A stretch of 64,000 nt of DNA, taken from positions 23,247 through 87,246 of the forward strand of contig VYCQ01000014.1 in assembly GCA_009843865.1 (NCBI GenBank), given 5' to 3'. The DNA is from Acidimicrobiia bacterium. Its GTDB lineage: Bacteria; Actinomycetota; Acidimicrobiia; Acidimicrobiales; Bin134. The notes under the pieces are model-generated. The model did no database searches and was not told the origin of the DNA. It saw nothing but the letters and a program-made list of their open reading frames with translations. Position numbers and translations under genes: made by a program. This document shows positions 25,106 to 36,276 of the stretch, one piece after another. How positions within the stretch are numbered: position 1 is the stretch's first letter; each line of letters begins with the position of its first letter.

Positions 25106-26035
25106 ATGACCAGAGCCACCATCACCGGATTAGGCACTGCCCGTGGCCACAAGGTGATCACCAACCACGACCTAGCCCAAACCCTTGACACCAGCAACGA
25201 GTGGATCGTGGAACGCACCGGTATCCACGAACGACGGATTGGGGGTAGCTGTCTGGAACTCAGCACCCAAGCCGCTCGTACTGCCCTTGAACAGGCCCAA
25301 GTGCCACCCGCAGACCTAAATCTGATTATCTGTTCTACCTGCACCCCCGACCAAGTGTTTCCAGCGGTGTCCAACCGCATCCAACACGAACTAGGTGCTA
25401 ACTGTGGTGCCTTTGATCTCAACGCTGCTTGTTCAGGCTTCACTTACGCTGTAAGCATTGCTGAAGCTCAAATCGCCGCAGGAATGAACAAGGTGTTGGT
25501 GATAGGAGTGGACACCCTCAGCCGCTTTACCGACTGGAACGACCGCACCACAGCAGTGCTGTTTGGCGACGGAGCAGGAGCAGTGGTTGTAGAAAAAACC
25601 CAAAACCCCGACAAGGGCATCTTGAGCACCTATCTAGGCTCTGAGGGTCGATTTGCAGACCTTTTATCTTGCGATTTTGGAAACTACCTCCAAATGGATG
25701 GCAAAGAAGTTTTTCGTCAAGCTGTGCGGGTGATGGTTTCAGCCAGCCAAAAAGTGTTAGCCGAAGCAGGTCTGACCTCTGCCGATGTGGATGTGGTAGT
25801 GCCACATCAGGCCAATGTGCGCATCATCGAAAGTGCTATGAAACGACTGCAAATCCCACTAGAAAAAGCAGCCACGGTGCTAGCCACAACCGGCAACACA
25901 TCCTCAGCATCTATCCCCCTAGCTATGGGAGCAGCCATCACAGATGGTTTCATCAGCGACAACAAGCTGGTGTTGCTGGTGGGCTTCGGTGCTGGCATGA
26001 GCGTTGCCGCTGCGCTGATACGCTGGGGCCAATGA
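25106..26035 (+). CDS. fabH: 3-oxoacyl-ACP synthase III
   Basis: AACSGFTYA (Cys), VVPHQAN (His) and GNTSSASIP (Asn). ATG 25106 lies after the fabD stop. Confidence 0.92.
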   Translation: MTRATITGLGTARGHKVITNHDLAQTLDTSNEWIVERTGIHERRIGGSCLELSTQAARTALEQAQVPPADLNLIICSTCTPDQVFPAVSNRIQHELGANCGAFDLNAACSGFTYAVSIAEAQIAAGMNKVLVIGVDTLSRFTDWNDRTTAVLFGDGAGAVVVEKTQNPDKGILSTYLGSEGRFADLLSCDFGNYLQMDGKEVFRQAVRVMVSASQKVLAEAGLTSADVDVVVPHQANVRIIESAMKRLQIPLEKAATVLATTGNTSSASIPLAMGAAITDGFISDNKLVLLVGFGAGMSVAAALIRWGQ

Positions 26036-26796
26036 GCATCGCACGAGTTGTCTTGGTTACCGGCGGAAACCGGGGCATAGGGCTAGCAACCGCTTACGAA
26101 CTAGCGGCACAAGGACACAAGGTGGCGATAACTTATCGCAATCAGCCGCCTGTGGCAGGTGCTGATGCAAGAGCTAATACTGACTTGCAAACAGCAGGTC
26201 TAGCCAACGCCGAACTGTACAGCGTTTGCTGCGATGTCACCGAACAAGCTCAAGTTGAGGCGGCATTTGCTGATGTAGAACAAAACCTGGGTCCTGTAGA
26301 AGTTCTCGTGTCCAACGCTGGCATCACCCGCGACAAACTGCTGATGCGCATGAGCGAAGCAGATTTCACCACAGTGCTGGACTCCAACCTCACCTCTGGT
26401 TATCGAGTTGCCAAGCAAGTCACCAAATCCATGATGCGCAAACGTTGGGGACGCATCGTGTTTGTCTCATCGGTGGTGGGAATCATGGGCCAGGCTGGTC
26501 AGGCCAACTACGCCGCATCTAAGGCTGGATTAATCGGCCTCAGCCGCTCTTTAGCCAAAGAGTTGGCTAGCCGCAATATCACCGTCAACGTGGTTGCTCC
26601 GGGCCCCATCGACACCGCTATGTTGGCTGCACTGGAAGATGAACGCCGCGAAGCCATCTCGCAAGCAGTGCCACTAGGGCGCTTGGGAACACCATCAGAA
26701 GTAGCTGCGGTGATCTCGTTTTTGGCCTCCGAAGCTGCTGGATATGTTACTGGGACGGTAATTCCAGTGGATGGCGGGCTGAGCATGGGAGGATAA
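26032..26796 (+). CDS. fabG: 3-oxoacyl-ACP reductase
   Basis: VTGGNRGIG, NAG and YAASKAG, which are SDR motifs. ATGA overlap with fabH. Confidence 0.9.
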   Translation: MSIARVVLVTGGNRGIGLATAYELAAQGHKVAITYRNQPPVAGADARANTDLQTAGLANAELYSVCCDVTEQAQVEAAFADVEQNLGPVEVLVSNAGITRDKLLMRMSEADFTTVLDSNLTSGYRVAKQVTKSMMRKRWGRIVFVSSVVGIMGQAGQANYAASKAGLIGLSRSLAKELASRNITVNVVAPGPIDTAMLAALEDERREAISQAVPLGRLGTPSEVAAVISFLASEAAGYVTGTVIPVDGGLSMGG

Positions 26797-26855
26797 AGAA
26801 AAGCAAAAGAACATGCAGGACATAACTTGTCGATAACGAAAGGAACTACAGCATC

Positions 26856-27095
26856 GTGAGCGATGATAATTTCACCCGATTTCAAAACTGTGCCGTAGAG
26901 GTACTCTCAGTAGAAGTCTCTCAGCTAACCCTTGAGGCCAGCTTCGCCGATGATCTGGACTCAGACAGCCTTGATTTAGTAGAGCTGGTCATGGCTTTAG
27001 AAGAAGAGTTTGATGTCACCATTGACGAAGAAGAATTAGAAGGCATAGAGACGGTGGGCCAGGCATTTGACTTGGTGACCCAAAAGTTGGGATGA
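26856..27095 (+). CDS. acpP: acyl carrier protein
   Basis: 79 aa with LDSDSLDLVELVMALEEEF, containing the phosphopantetheine Ser. Confidence 0.92.
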   Translation: MSDDNFTRFQNCAVEVLSVEVSQLTLEASFADDLDSDSLDLVELVMALEEEFDVTIDEEELEGIETVGQAFDLVTQKLG

Positions 27096-28276
27096 CCTCA
27101 CCACGCCGGGTAGCTATAACCGGGGTTGGAGTGCTGGGATGGCCTGGGCTGGGACGTGATGCGTTTTGGCAAGGTCTGCTGCAAGCCCCCGCCGATGGCC
27201 CTAGGGTGATGGATCACTTTGATCCGTTGCCCTATTTCGACAATCCTAAAGAAGCCCGGCGCACCGACCGCTTTGGTCAGATGGCGCTGGCTGCGGCTGC
27301 GGAGGCCCTAGAACAATCTGGCGACCTAAACGCCAATCCCGACCGCATTGGAGTGTGGGTGGGCACCGGTGTGGGCGGCTTACGCACTTTAGAACAACAG
27401 GTAGAAGTACGCATAGAACGGGGTGAGCGTCGAGTGTCGCCTTTCTTGGTGCCCATGATGATGGCTAACGCCGCCTCGGCTGCCATCTCCATGCGCTACG
27501 GCTATGCGGGCCCCTGTGAGAACACCGTTACTGCTTGTGCCGCTGGTACTCAGTCGATCACTAATGCCGCCATGCTGATTCGCTCTAATCGCTGTGATGC
27601 TGTTCTTACTGGAGGCAGCGAAGCATCTAACTCTGCTACTGGAGTTGCCGCTTTTAAGAATATGACCGCGGTGTCATCCTGCAACATCAGCCGACCCTTT
27701 GATCTAGAGCGCGATGGCTTCATTCAAGCCGAGGGCGCAGCCGTGCTGGTACTAGAAGAACTTGAAATGGCTCAAAGTCGCAACGCCACTATCTTGGGAG
27801 AGGTCTTGGGAGGAGCTAGCACCGCTGATGCTCATCACATAACCGCACCTGCTCCGGGCGGAGCGGGTGCAATCCGCTGCATGAAACTAGCTCTAGCCGA
27901 TGCCGGGCTGATGCCCGACCAAATCGTTCACATCAACGCCCATGGCACCTCCACACCGCTAAACGATGCTGCTGAAGCAGAGGCAATCCACAAGGTGTTT
28001 GGAACTCCTGGGCCTCTGGTTACCTCCACCAAAGGAGTAACCGGCCACGCTTTAGGAGCCGCAGGTGCCTTGGAAGCGGCGGCGGTAGTTTTGGCCATGA
28101 TGCATGGCCAAATCCCCCCCACCTACGGCTATGAAACACCCGACCCTGACATGGCTCCCATTCGTATAGTGGCTGATAAAGCGACCTCATGGACACCAGG
28201 CCCGTCGCTGTCTAACTCATTTGGTTTTGGGGGCCACAACGGAACGGTGGCTATCGGCCCTCCGCCGCAGTCTTAG
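27092..28276 (+). CDS. fabF: 3-oxoacyl-ACP synthase II
   Basis: TACAAG (Cys), HGTSTPLND and GHALGAAG. Confidence 0.92.
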   Translation: MTSPRRVAITGVGVLGWPGLGRDAFWQGLLQAPADGPRVMDHFDPLPYFDNPKEARRTDRFGQMALAAAAEALEQSGDLNANPDRIGVWVGTGVGGLRTLEQQVEVRIERGERRVSPFLVPMMMANAASAAISMRYGYAGPCENTVTACAAGTQSITNAAMLIRSNRCDAVLTGGSEASNSATGVAAFKNMTAVSSCNISRPFDLERDGFIQAEGAAVLVLEELEMAQSRNATILGEVLGGASTADAHHITAPAPGGAGAIRCMKLALADAGLMPDQIVHINAHGTSTPLNDAAEAEAIHKVFGTPGPLVTSTKGVTGHALGAAGALEAAAVVLAMMHGQIPPTYGYETPDPDMAPIRIVADKATSWTPGPSLSNSFGFGGHNGTVAIGPPPQS

Positions 28277-28697
28277 AATCATCGTCAACCACTACAAAGA
28301 ACAACTCCACCTCACAAGCCAACTCGCCTGCTACCAGAGCTTGCCCTTGACCGCGGCCAGCTCTGGTAGACATGCGTGTCATCTCAATTGAAAGGTCTAG
28401 ACGTTCTTTTGGAGTCACCTGACGGCGAAAACGGGCACTGTCTAACCCGCCAAAAAGAGGCAGCTTGCCAACAAACCTTTCATCGCTCAACACCACATAG
28501 GCACCAAGCTGAGCGATGGCCTCAGCCATCAACACTCCGGGCAACGTGGGCCGCCCAGGAAAATGCCCTGCGAAAAACGCTTCAGATCCGTTGAGTTGCC
28601 AATAGCCCTCGGCTCGATTACCAGCAACCAACGCAGTGACCTCATCTAAAAACAGAAATGGAGGACGATGAGGCAACACCTCAGCTGGAGATCGCAT
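28251..28697 (-). CDS. fabZ: 3-hydroxyacyl-ACP dehydratase
   Basis: LPHRPPFLFLD and AGHFPGRPTLPGVL. Its 3' end overlaps the 3' end of fabF by 26 bp. Confidence 0.9.
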   Translation of the reverse strand: MRSPAEVLPHRPPFLFLDEVTALVAGNRAEGYWQLNGSEAFFAGHFPGRPTLPGVLMAEAIAQLGAYVVLSDERFVGKLPLFGGLDSARFRRQVTPKERLDLSIEMTRMSTRAGRGQGQALVAGELACEVELFFVVVDDDSKTAAEGR

Positions 28698-28724
28698 GAG
28701 AGCGTTATTGGCTATTGGAGCAGA

Positions 28725-29003
28725 TCAGGTGTCCTTGATAGCAGCCTTCAAACGAGCCCCAGCACTCACCTTGCAACTCTTGGCAGCAGGAATGTGAAGG
28801 GTTTCACCAGTACGAGGATTGCGACCGGTACGAGCCCCACGAGTGGACTGTTCAAAGGAGACGAAACCGGTAATAGCAACCTTCTCGCCCAAAATAACCT
28901 GCTCAGTAACTACCGATTCCAAGCTGTTCAGCACCGCCTCTACGCTGCTCTTGGTTTCTCCAGTACGGTCGCTGATGGCGTTAACCAATTCGGATTTGTT
29001 CAT
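28725..29003 (-). CDS. hup: HU family DNA-binding protein
   Basis: MNKSELV.AI...G.....V.....FE...R.AR.GRNPRTGE pattern. Confidence 0.9.
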   Translation of the reverse strand: MNKSELVNAISDRTGETKSSVEAVLNSLESVVTEQVILGEKVAITGFVSFEQSTRGARTGRNPRTGETLHIPAAKSCKVSAGARLKAAIKDT

Positions 29004-29124
29004 GCTTTTCTCCTAAGTATCCTAAGGGTCTCCTAAGGGATGAAACTACCAAGCTGTTATTTTAGGGTTCCAAGCCCTTTAGTTCAAGCAATGGCACCAA
29101 ATCGCAACCGATAGTTACCAACCC

Positions 29125-29934
29125 CTAATCAAGGGCTTTACGAAATTGACTGACCAACAGGCCCAGCGCTGAGGGATCGTTCTCCTCCAACATGCAGCGC
29201 ACCAAAGCAGACCCTACTACCACTCCATCGGCGATCTGACAAACCTGCTGGGCTTGTTCGGGAGTACCCACGCCTACTCCGACCAACACGGGTTTATGGG
29301 TAAGCGGTTTAAGTCGTTTAGCGATCACAGCCGCAGAAGCGGCCAGATCACTACGCACCCCGGTAACACCTAGCAACCCCACCCCATACACAAAACCGCG
29401 ACTACGCTCACAAATACGCTCAAGCCGTTCTTCAGATGCCGTAGGTGCCGCCAGCAAAATAGTTTCCACTCCCGCGGCATCGGCTGCCTGCACCCAAGGC
29501 CCCGCCTCTTCAAGGGGCATGTCAGCCAAAATGGCACCTGCCACACCGCATGAAGCCAACACCGAAGCAAAACGTTTCAGGCCGAAGCGAAGAACAATGT
29601 TGTAGTAGGTCATTACCGCCACGGGAACACCAATATCTAGGCGACCGATAGCCTCCAATACAGCCAACGGCGTGGCACCGTTGACTAAAGCATGATCGTT
29701 GGCTTCTTGGATTACAGGACCGTCCATCACCGGATCGGAAAATGGAATACCCACCTCCAACACATCAGCGCCTGCATCAGCCGCTGCAAGCAGTGCGGTC
29801 TGCCACTGGCCTAACCCGCCGGTTAAATATGTCACCAAAGCCTTGCCGCCGCTCGAACAACGTTGCCCTAATGCGACCTCTATAATGCCTGGCTCGATAG
29901 CACCGGACTCGATAGCGCAAAGCTCAGGCCCCAC
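29125..29934 (-). CDS. trpA: tryptophan synthase alpha chain
   Basis: Motifs LEVGIPFSDPVMDGPVIQ and GFVYGV..LGVTG. Lies downstream of trpB. Confidence 0.9.
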   Translation of the reverse strand: MGPELCAIESGAIEPGIIEVALGQRCSSGGKALVTYLTGGLGQWQTALLAAADAGADVLEVGIPFSDPVMDGPVIQEANDHALVNGATPLAVLEAIGRLDIGVPVAVMTYYNIVLRFGLKRFASVLASCGVAGAILADMPLEEAGPWVQAADAAGVETILLAAPTASEERLERICERSRGFVYGVGLLGVTGVRSDLAASAAVIAKRLKPLTHKPVLVGVGVGTPEQAQQVCQIADGVVVGSALVRCMLEENDPSALGLLVSQFRKALD

Positions 29935-29960
29935 CTAGGTATTCCTTCTTTGGTCGTGGC

Positions 29961-31109
29961 TCATCTGCCGAGGCGTTCCATCATCTGATCGACATCCTTG
30001 TCGCCCCGCCCACTCATGTTCAACAACACCGTTTTACCAGCTAGTTCTTGGCGTGCGCGCGATACCCAAGCCAATGCATGAGCAGGTTCTAACGCCGGAA
30101 TAATCCCCTCGTTGCGCGACAGCAACTCAAACGCAGCTACCACCTCAATATCTTCAACAGACTCATAACGAGCCCGCCCAATAGCCGACAAATGAGAATG
30201 CTCGGGGCCGATACCAGGATAATCCAAGCCTGCGGAGATGGATTGAGCCTCTAGCACCTGACCTTGTTCGTCTTGCATAAGAAACGACTTAGAACCGTGT
30301 ACTACACCAGGCACACCCCTGTTGATCGCGGCACCTCCCGCAGGCTCCACCCCCACCAATGCAGCAGCGCCTGCCGCAAAACCGCTGAAAATACCAATAG
30401 CGTTACTGCCCCCACCCACACAAGCAGTTACCACATCAGGATCGCAACCTAAAAGCGCATGGCACTGCTCGCGGGCCTCGTCACCTATAACCCGATGAAA
30501 CTCCCGCACCATCCAAGGATAAGGATGCGGGCCCATCACAGACCCTAAGCAGTAGTGAGTGGTTTCTACCGTTGCCACCCAATCGCGCATAGCCTCGTTG
30601 ATAGCATCTTTGAGGGTACGGCTGCCAGATACCGCCGCGCGCACCTCAGCACCTAGCAATTGCATACGAAACACGTTGAGCGCTTGGCGCTGCATATCCA
30701 CCTCGCCCATGTACACCACGCACTCCAGGCCCAACAATGCCGCAGCGGTAGCAGTAGCTACCCCGTGCTGGCCAGCGCCAGTTTCGGCAACTAGACGAGT
30801 CTTACCCATACGCACTGCCAACAAAGCCTGACCTAACACGTTGTTGATCTTGTGAGAGCCGGTGTGATTCAAATCCTCACGCTTTAACAACAACCGCAAC
30901 CCCAGCTCTGTGGATAAACGCTTGCACTCAGTCAACGGAGAAGGTCTGCCAGCGTAATCAGTCAAAAGCCGGTTCAGCTCAGCACGGAACTTCTGATCGG
31001 CCCAAGCCGAGCGAAATGCTACCTCTAATTCTTCGCAAGCTGGCACCAAGGTTTCGGGCACGAACCTTCCTCCGAAATCCCCAAACCACCCTGCTAGTGG
31101 CTCTGCCAT
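29961..31109 (-). CDS. trpB: tryptophan synthase beta chain
   Basis: [22 protein letters not shown] (PLP Lys) and [11 protein letters not shown] 31109 is preferred over TTG 31136. Confidence 0.92.
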   Translation of the reverse strand: MAEPLAGWFGDFGGRFVPETLVPACEELEVAFRSAWADQKFRAELNRLLTDYAGRPSPLTECKRLSTELGLRLLLKREDLNHTGSHKINNVLGQALLAVRMGKTRLVAETGAGQHGVATATAAALLGLECVVYMGEVDMQRQALNVFRMQLLGAEVRAAVSGSRTLKDAINEAMRDWVATVETTHYCLGSVMGPHPYPWMVREFHRVIGDEAREQCHALLGCDPDVVTACVGGGSNAIGIFSGFAAGAAALVGVEPAGGAAINRGVPGVVHGSKSFLMQDEQGQVLEAQSISAGLDYPGIGPEHSHLSAIGRARYESVEDIEVVAAFELLSRNEGIIPALEPAHALAWVSRARQELAGKTVLLNMSGRGDKDVDQMMERLGR

Positions 31110-31111
31110 GC

Positions 31112-31822
31112 TCAAGGGCGCACCTCTTCTTGCCAATCATAAGGAGAATCGTCGTTGCCGCTGCCAACTGCTAACTGTTCTGTTTGCTGGCTGTCGAAAG
31201 CAAGCGAACCCAAAAGCGGCGAATAAGCTTGGCGCACGGTTTTAATAAACGCCCGGAGCCTTAACGGGTCTTTGCGTCCAGGAGAAACCTCAACCCCGGT
31301 GGACACATCTACTCCCCAGGGCCGCGCTTTGGCAATGGCCATCAGCACATTATCGGGGGTCAACCCCCCCGCTACAATTAGCTTCACACCCCCGGGCGCA
31401 TTTTCTGCTAAAGACCAGTCGAACACCTGCCCTGAACCAGGGGTTTTTGAATCCACCAACACCATGTCAGCCCCGTATGCAGTAGCCCGAGTCAGGGCGT
31501 GGCTGCCCCCCGTAAAGGCCTTTATCACCACCGGCACCTGTTCACGCACCTTACGGGTCTCAGTAGGACTCTCAGCCCCATGTAGCTGAACAGCCTTGAG
31601 GCCGCAACGGCTAGTTATGTCCACCACCCTCTCTGGGATTTCGTTGCGAAAAACACCCACGGTCAGCACCTCAGGTGACAGCCGACTAACTATGGCTTGC
31701 ACATGGGCTGGTGATATTTGACGCGGCGAGGGAGCAAACACAAAACCCAATGCATCAGCCCCCAGAGCTGTTGCCAAAAGAGCGTCTTCAGGATTAGTGA
31801 TGCCGCAGATCTTGATGAACAC
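31112..31822 (-). CDS. trpF: phosphoribosylanthranilate isomerase
   Basis: [12 protein letters not shown]...GADALGFVF...SPR, ending in QLHG. GTG 31822 is the proposed start. Confidence 0.85.
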   Translation of the reverse strand: MFIKICGITNPEDALLATALGADALGFVFAPSPRQISPAHVQAIVSRLSPEVLTVGVFRNEIPERVVDITSRCGLKAVQLHGAESPTETRKVREQVPVVIKAFTGGSHALTRATAYGADMVLVDSKTPGSGQVFDWSLAENAPGGVKLIVAGGLTPDNVLMAIAKARPWGVDVSTGVEVSPGRKDPLRLRAFIKTVRQAYSPLLGSLAFDSQQTEQLAVGSGNDDSPYDWQEEVRP

Positions 31823-32720
31823 TGCCCACAAAACTACCGTCTCGTGGCACCGCAGACACCTGCGCAACACAACCAGCAACATACAACACGGCTGGCATTG
31901 CCACATTTCGCTTCACATAACCCAACGCCACCGTCTCACCGTTGATGGCATCCCAAGCCACGCTAGTGATGGTGCCCACCTCGTCTTGTTCGTCAACACC
32001 AAGCTCGCTGCTAGCGATTATGGGCTCACCGCAAGCTATGTCAGCTTGTTCAGCAAAGGTCAGCACCCGCAAGTAGCGCGGCGCTGTATTGCCCCGGGAA
32101 TCCATACGAGCCACCAGCTCTTGGCCAACAAAGCACCCTTTGGTGAAGCTCACGGTGAAAGAAACTACCTCGGCTTCAGCAGGAATAGTGCGTTGATTGA
32201 TTTCTGAGCCAGTGCGCGGCCAACCGCTGCGAATACGGTGGACTTCAAAGGTTGCAGCATCCATGCAAGGCAAATCGCTTGGCCACACAAGATCAACTCC
32301 TAAAATGTCCACACCACCAATAGGAACCTCGCTAGATACCGCGGCTTGCACAGCATCCTGCCCCAAATAGCGGCTAGCCTCTGGCCCCCTCACAGCAATG
32401 CCAAGCCACTGCAACGGCTCAATAACAACCTGAGTGCGCAGCTTAAAGCGCTCTAGACGATCAACTAACGGCTCAACAAGGCCGTCAGTGTCTAGCACAA
32501 ACTGCTCTGAGCCCAACCGACTCACTCGCACAAAGGCATCGATGCGCCCTTGAGGTTGCAAAACAAGCGACCATGCCGACTGACCTTGACGCAGTGAGGC
32601 AACATCTTGACTAAGTTGTCCCTGCAAGAACGATTCAGCATCACCACCATTAACGGCCAGCACGCTGCGTTGTATCTCACAAGCTGCGGTAGTAGTAGCC
32701 AGATCAATGAGGGTGGTCAT
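31794..32720 (-). CDS. ygfZ: YgfZ/CAF17-type folate-binding protein (GcvT-like fold)
   Basis: FLQGQLSQDV and the TKGCFVGQELVARMDSRG signature. ATGA overlap with the trpE stop. Confidence 0.75.
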   Translation of the reverse strand: MTTLIDLATTTAACEIQRSVLAVNGGDAESFLQGQLSQDVASLRQGQSAWSLVLQPQGRIDAFVRVSRLGSEQFVLDTDGLVEPLVDRLERFKLRTQVVIEPLQWLGIAVRGPEASRYLGQDAVQAAVSSEVPIGGVDILGVDLVWPSDLPCMDAATFEVHRIRSGWPRTGSEINQRTIPAEAEVVSFTVSFTKGCFVGQELVARMDSRGNTAPRYLRVLTFAEQADIACGEPIIASSELGVDEQDEVGTITSVAWDAINGETVALGYVKRNVAMPAVLYVAGCVAQVSAVPRDGSFVGSVHQDLRHH

Positions 32721-34240
32721 GGCTTGGCCGTCTTAGCCCGCTGCTGGCTCATTCTGCGGGCTGCTGGTACCGCCGCTAACAAGGCTCGTGCTTTGTTGCG
32801 ACATTCTAGATCTTCTTGATCGGGAATGCTGTCGGCCACTATGCCCGCCCCTGCTTGCACTGATGCTTGCTGGCCTTGAATCACCATGGTGCGAATAGCG
32901 ATAGCCGTATCAATGTTGCCGGAAAAGTCGATGTAACCCACTACTCCCGCGTAAGGGCCTCGCTTTACCGGCTCAAGGTTGTCGATGATCTCCATGGCAC
33001 GCACCTTTGGGGCACCTGATACAGTGCCAGCTGGCAAGGTGGCCCGCAGTACATCCACCGGAGTTCGTCCTTGAGCCAAAACCCCCGACACCTGCGATGT
33101 GAGATGCATAACATGGCTGTAGCGCTCTAAGGTCATCTGCTCATCCACCTGCTCAGTCCCGAACTCAACCACCCTGCCCACATCGTTGCGGGCTAGATCT
33201 AGCAACATGATGTGCTCGGCTATCTCTTTAGGGTGCTCCAACAACTCAGAGGCTAGACGAAGGTCTTCGGCTTCGGTGTTACCGCGGCGACGTGTACCAG
33301 CAATGGGCCGCGAAATAACCCGGCCATCTAAAAGCTGCACCATGGGTTCGGGAGAACAGCCAACCAAAGACACCTCTGGCAAGCGCACAAAGTACATATA
33401 AGGGCTGGGGTTAACCTGCCGTAAAGAGCGATACACATCAAAGGGTTCAGCGCCCAGCTCAAAGTCAAAGCGTTGCGACAGCACTACTTGGAAGATGTCG
33501 CCAGCCAAGATGTGTTCTTTAGCTGCTTCAACCGCAGCGCAATACACATCACCGCCCATAGAAGACACCACATCAGGCAGATCTTCATCTGCCTGCGGAG
33601 GTTCCAACAGCGGTTCCACCATAGCCTGCGCTCCGTCTGTGGCTAGCTGTTCTAAAGCAGAAACTGCTTGGTCATAGGCCTGATCCACCTCTTCAGCAGT
33701 TGCACAAGGAGGGATGATTACGTTCTCAATAAGCACCACCCGCTGACACCAGTGGTCAAAAACCGCCAACTGACCGATAACAGACACCACCGCGTCGGGC
33801 AAGCCTTGTTCATCGCTAACAACGTTGGGTAGCCGCTCTACCTCGCGCACCACGTCATAGCCCAAATAACCCACCAACCCACCGTGCAACGGGGGCAGAT
33901 CATCTAACGAAGGCGACCTCCACTTGCCCAAGATGTGCTCCATGGCGGCCAAGATGCCTTGATCTAGCGGCGTGCCTTCGGGAACTTGGCCTTGCACCTG
34001 CACGCTAAAACCTCGAGCTACCAGCGTTGCTAAGGGCTGTCGACCGATGAAAGAGAAGCGACTCCAACGCTCAGCGCGCTCCACCGACTCCAGCAAAAAA
34101 CCGCTCTCGTCACCCACCACGCGAGCAAAAGCGGCCACAGGTGTGGTGAGGTCGGCAACCAACTCTCGCCACACCGGCACCACCGTCCACAGAGTGGCTA
34201 GCTGAGCGAACTCAACTCGACTGGGTCTAACTGAACTCAT
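32717..34240 (-). CDS. trpE: anthranilate synthase component I
   Basis: 507 aa with LESVE, SPYMYF, AGT.SGAPK and GAGIVADS. Confidence 0.92.
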   Translation of the reverse strand: MSSVRPSRVEFAQLATLWTVVPVWRELVADLTTPVAAFARVVGDESGFLLESVERAERWSRFSFIGRQPLATLVARGFSVQVQGQVPEGTPLDQGILAAMEHILGKWRSPSLDDLPPLHGGLVGYLGYDVVREVERLPNVVSDEQGLPDAVVSVIGQLAVFDHWCQRVVLIENVIIPPCATAEEVDQAYDQAVSALEQLATDGAQAMVEPLLEPPQADEDLPDVVSSMGGDVYCAAVEAAKEHILAGDIFQVVLSQRFDFELGAEPFDVYRSLRQVNPSPYMYFVRLPEVSLVGCSPEPMVQLLDGRVISRPIAGTRRRGNTEAEDLRLASELLEHPKEIAEHIMLLDLARNDVGRVVEFGTEQVDEQMTLERYSHVMHLTSQVSGVLAQGRTPVDVLRATLPAGTVSGAPKVRAMEIIDNLEPVKRGPYAGVVGYIDFSGNIDTAIAIRTMVIQGQQASVQAGAGIVADSIPDQEDLECRNKARALLAAVPAARRMSQQRAKTAKP

Positions 34241-34258
34241 AGCACAGCTTGTTCACTG

Positions 34259-34630
34259 CTAAGAATTGACAATTGGCCCGTCAAAAAAACGAAAAAAGCA
34301 GGAACGCTCTCCGGTGTGGCAAGCACCCCTACCTTCTTGCTCCACGACAAACAACAAAGTGTCACCATCACAGTCATAAAGAGCCTTGCGCACATACTGA
34401 CGGTCACCAGAGGTTTCGCCCTTGCACCAATATTCCTGGCGAGAACGACTCCAAAACCATGTGCGACCGGTTTCCAACGTGCGCTGCAACGACTCCCTGT
34501 TCATCCAAGCCATCATCAACACTTGGCCGTCTGCATCGTCTTGAACAATGGCGGGCACCAATCCGTCACTGTTGAAGACCACTTGATCTAAAGCAGCAAC
34601 ATCAAAACTTATAGGAATAGCTTCGGGCAT
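34259..34630 (-). CDS. hisI: phosphoribosyl-AMP cyclohydrolase
   Basis: GLVPAIVQD...MMAWMN.ESL..T...G...FWSRSR...W.KGETSG and CD.D. Confidence 0.9.
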   Translation of the reverse strand: MPEAIPISFDVAALDQVVFNSDGLVPAIVQDDADGQVLMMAWMNRESLQRTLETGRTWFWSRSRQEYWCKGETSGDRQYVRKALYDCDGDTLLFVVEQEGRGACHTGERSCFFRFFDGPIVNS

Positions 34631-34647
34631 CTTCTCATTGTATTTGT

Positions 34648-35505
34648 TCAGGCCACTACAGGCCGTACAGGTATTCCCGCTGCGCTCATATGAGCTTTGG
34701 CCTCGGCCACAGTATGAGTGCCAAAGTGAAAGATTGAAGCTGCTAGCACCGCGTCGGCACCTCCTTGGCGCACCCCTTCCACTAAATGCTCTAGGGTGCC
34801 CACTCCCCCGCTGGCGATCACCGGCACGTTTACCGCCTCTACCACAGCGCGGGTCAGCTCTAAATCGAAGCCATCGCAGGTGCCATCGCGATCCATAGAG
34901 GTAACCAATATCTCTCCTGCACCTAGCTGCGTCACCCTCACTGCAAACTCAACAGCATTAATTCCAGTAGGAACACGCCCCCCATGTGTGAAGATCTCAA
35001 AGCCAAACGACGCTTGGGTAGAGCGACGTGCGTCAATGGACACAACCGCGCATTGGCTACCAAACTCAGAGGCTATATCGGCCACCAACTCAGGGCGATG
35101 CACAGCCGCGGTATTAACCGACACCTTGTCGGCCCCAGCTCGCAACAATCGTCGGGCATCCTCAGCACTGCGAATACCCCCGCCGATGGTGAAAGGGATA
35201 AACACCTCTTCAGCAGTGCGACGCACAAGTTCTAAGGTAGTCTCACGCTGATCTGAGGATGCGGTAATATCTAAGAACACAACCTCGTCGGCCCCCTGCT
35301 GATCGTAGCGGGCAGCTAGCTCTATTGGATCGCCCGCATCAGCCAAGTCCACAAAGTTGACTCCTTTAACCACACGCCCTGCATCCACATCTAAACAGGG
35401 AATCACCCGGACATTGCTGAGAACGACTTTCGTGTTAAAAACCAAGCCATGTGTGCTCGGGGTATTGCAGTTGCCTGCACCTGAACTAGCAAGGTTAAAG
35501 CTCAT
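34648..35505 (-). CDS. hisF: imidazole glycerol phosphate synthase cyclase subunit
   Basis: [17 protein letters not shown] and GADKVS.NTAA. ATGA overlap with the hisA stop. About 30 aa of N-terminal extension. Confidence 0.9.
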   Translation of the reverse strand: MSFNLASSGAGNCNTPSTHGLVFNTKVVLSNVRVIPCLDVDAGRVVKGVNFVDLADAGDPIELAARYDQQGADEVVFLDITASSDQRETTLELVRRTAEEVFIPFTIGGGIRSAEDARRLLRAGADKVSVNTAAVHRPELVADIASEFGSQCAVVSIDARRSTQASFGFEIFTHGGRVPTGINAVEFAVRVTQLGAGEILVTSMDRDGTCDGFDLELTRAVVEAVNVPVIASGGVGTLEHLVEGVRQGGADAVLAASIFHFGTHTVAEAKAHMSAAGIPVRPVVA

Positions 35506-36269
35506 GTGAGCACCGGACCTTCAGATGCGGTTGCCGCCAACGTGTCCAGGGCTTGGGTGACGCTAAAGCGCCCTTCATACAATGCACGACCAACGATTAC
35601 CCCCGCCAAAATGCGACTTACACCGTCTGCGCTGAGAGCCTTCAAACCAACCAGCACTTGTAAGTCTTCTAAGCTTGCCACCCCACCCGAAGCAATCACA
35701 GGCAAGCTGCTAGAGGCTAACACCGTAGCTAGCCCCTGAATGTCAGGGCCACACATGGTGCCGTCTCGAGAAATCTCAGTTACCACCAAAGCTTCAACCC
35801 CAGACGACTCAAACAGCTTGGCTAGATGAATCAAATCGCCACCCCCACCCTGTTCCCAACCGTGCGTGGCCACATCCCGACCTCTAGCATCCAAGCCCAC
35901 CGCCACTGGCTGCTGGGCTGCCACCTCGTCAACCAGCTCAGGAGCCTGTACTGCTGCTGTGCCAATCACCACCCGTGCTACACCAGCTTCGGCCAGATCT
36001 GTTGCGGTTTGAATGCTACGCACCCCGCCACCTGCTTGCACCGGCACATCCACCTCAGCAGCAATAGCAGCTATAGCTGCCAGATTCATTGGCTTACCGC
36101 TTCGAGCCGCATCTAGGTCCACCACATGCAGCCAACTAGCACCCTCATCAACAAAACGACAGGCTTGGCCCACGGGATCGTCGCTGTATACGGTCTCTTC
36201 AGAGTAAACACCTTGGTAAAGCCGCACGCAACGCCCTTCCCGTAGGTCGATAGCCGGAAATAACTGCAA
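35502..36269 (-). CDS. hisA: ProFAR isomerase (HisA)
   Basis: [24 protein letters not shown] and GGGVRS. TTG 36269 is the proposed start, just after the hisH stop. Confidence 0.88.
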   Translation of the reverse strand: MQLFPAIDLREGRCVRLYQGVYSEETVYSDDPVGQACRFVDEGASWLHVVDLDAARSGKPMNLAAIAAIAAEVDVPVQAGGGVRSIQTATDLAEAGVARVVIGTAAVQAPELVDEVAAQQPVAVGLDARGRDVATHGWEQGGGGDLIHLAKLFESSGVEALVVTEISRDGTMCGPDIQGLATVLASSSLPVIASGGVASLEDLQVLVGLKALSADGVSRILAGVIVGRALYEGRFSVTQALDTLAATASEGPVLT

Positions 36270-36276
36270 CTGCGCC

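Noticed and set aside
25669-26031. Long upstream extension of fabG (375-aa track ORF)
   Set aside because: It lies out of frame inside fabH. The fabG Rossmann motif begins right after ATG 26032, which overlaps the fabH stop.
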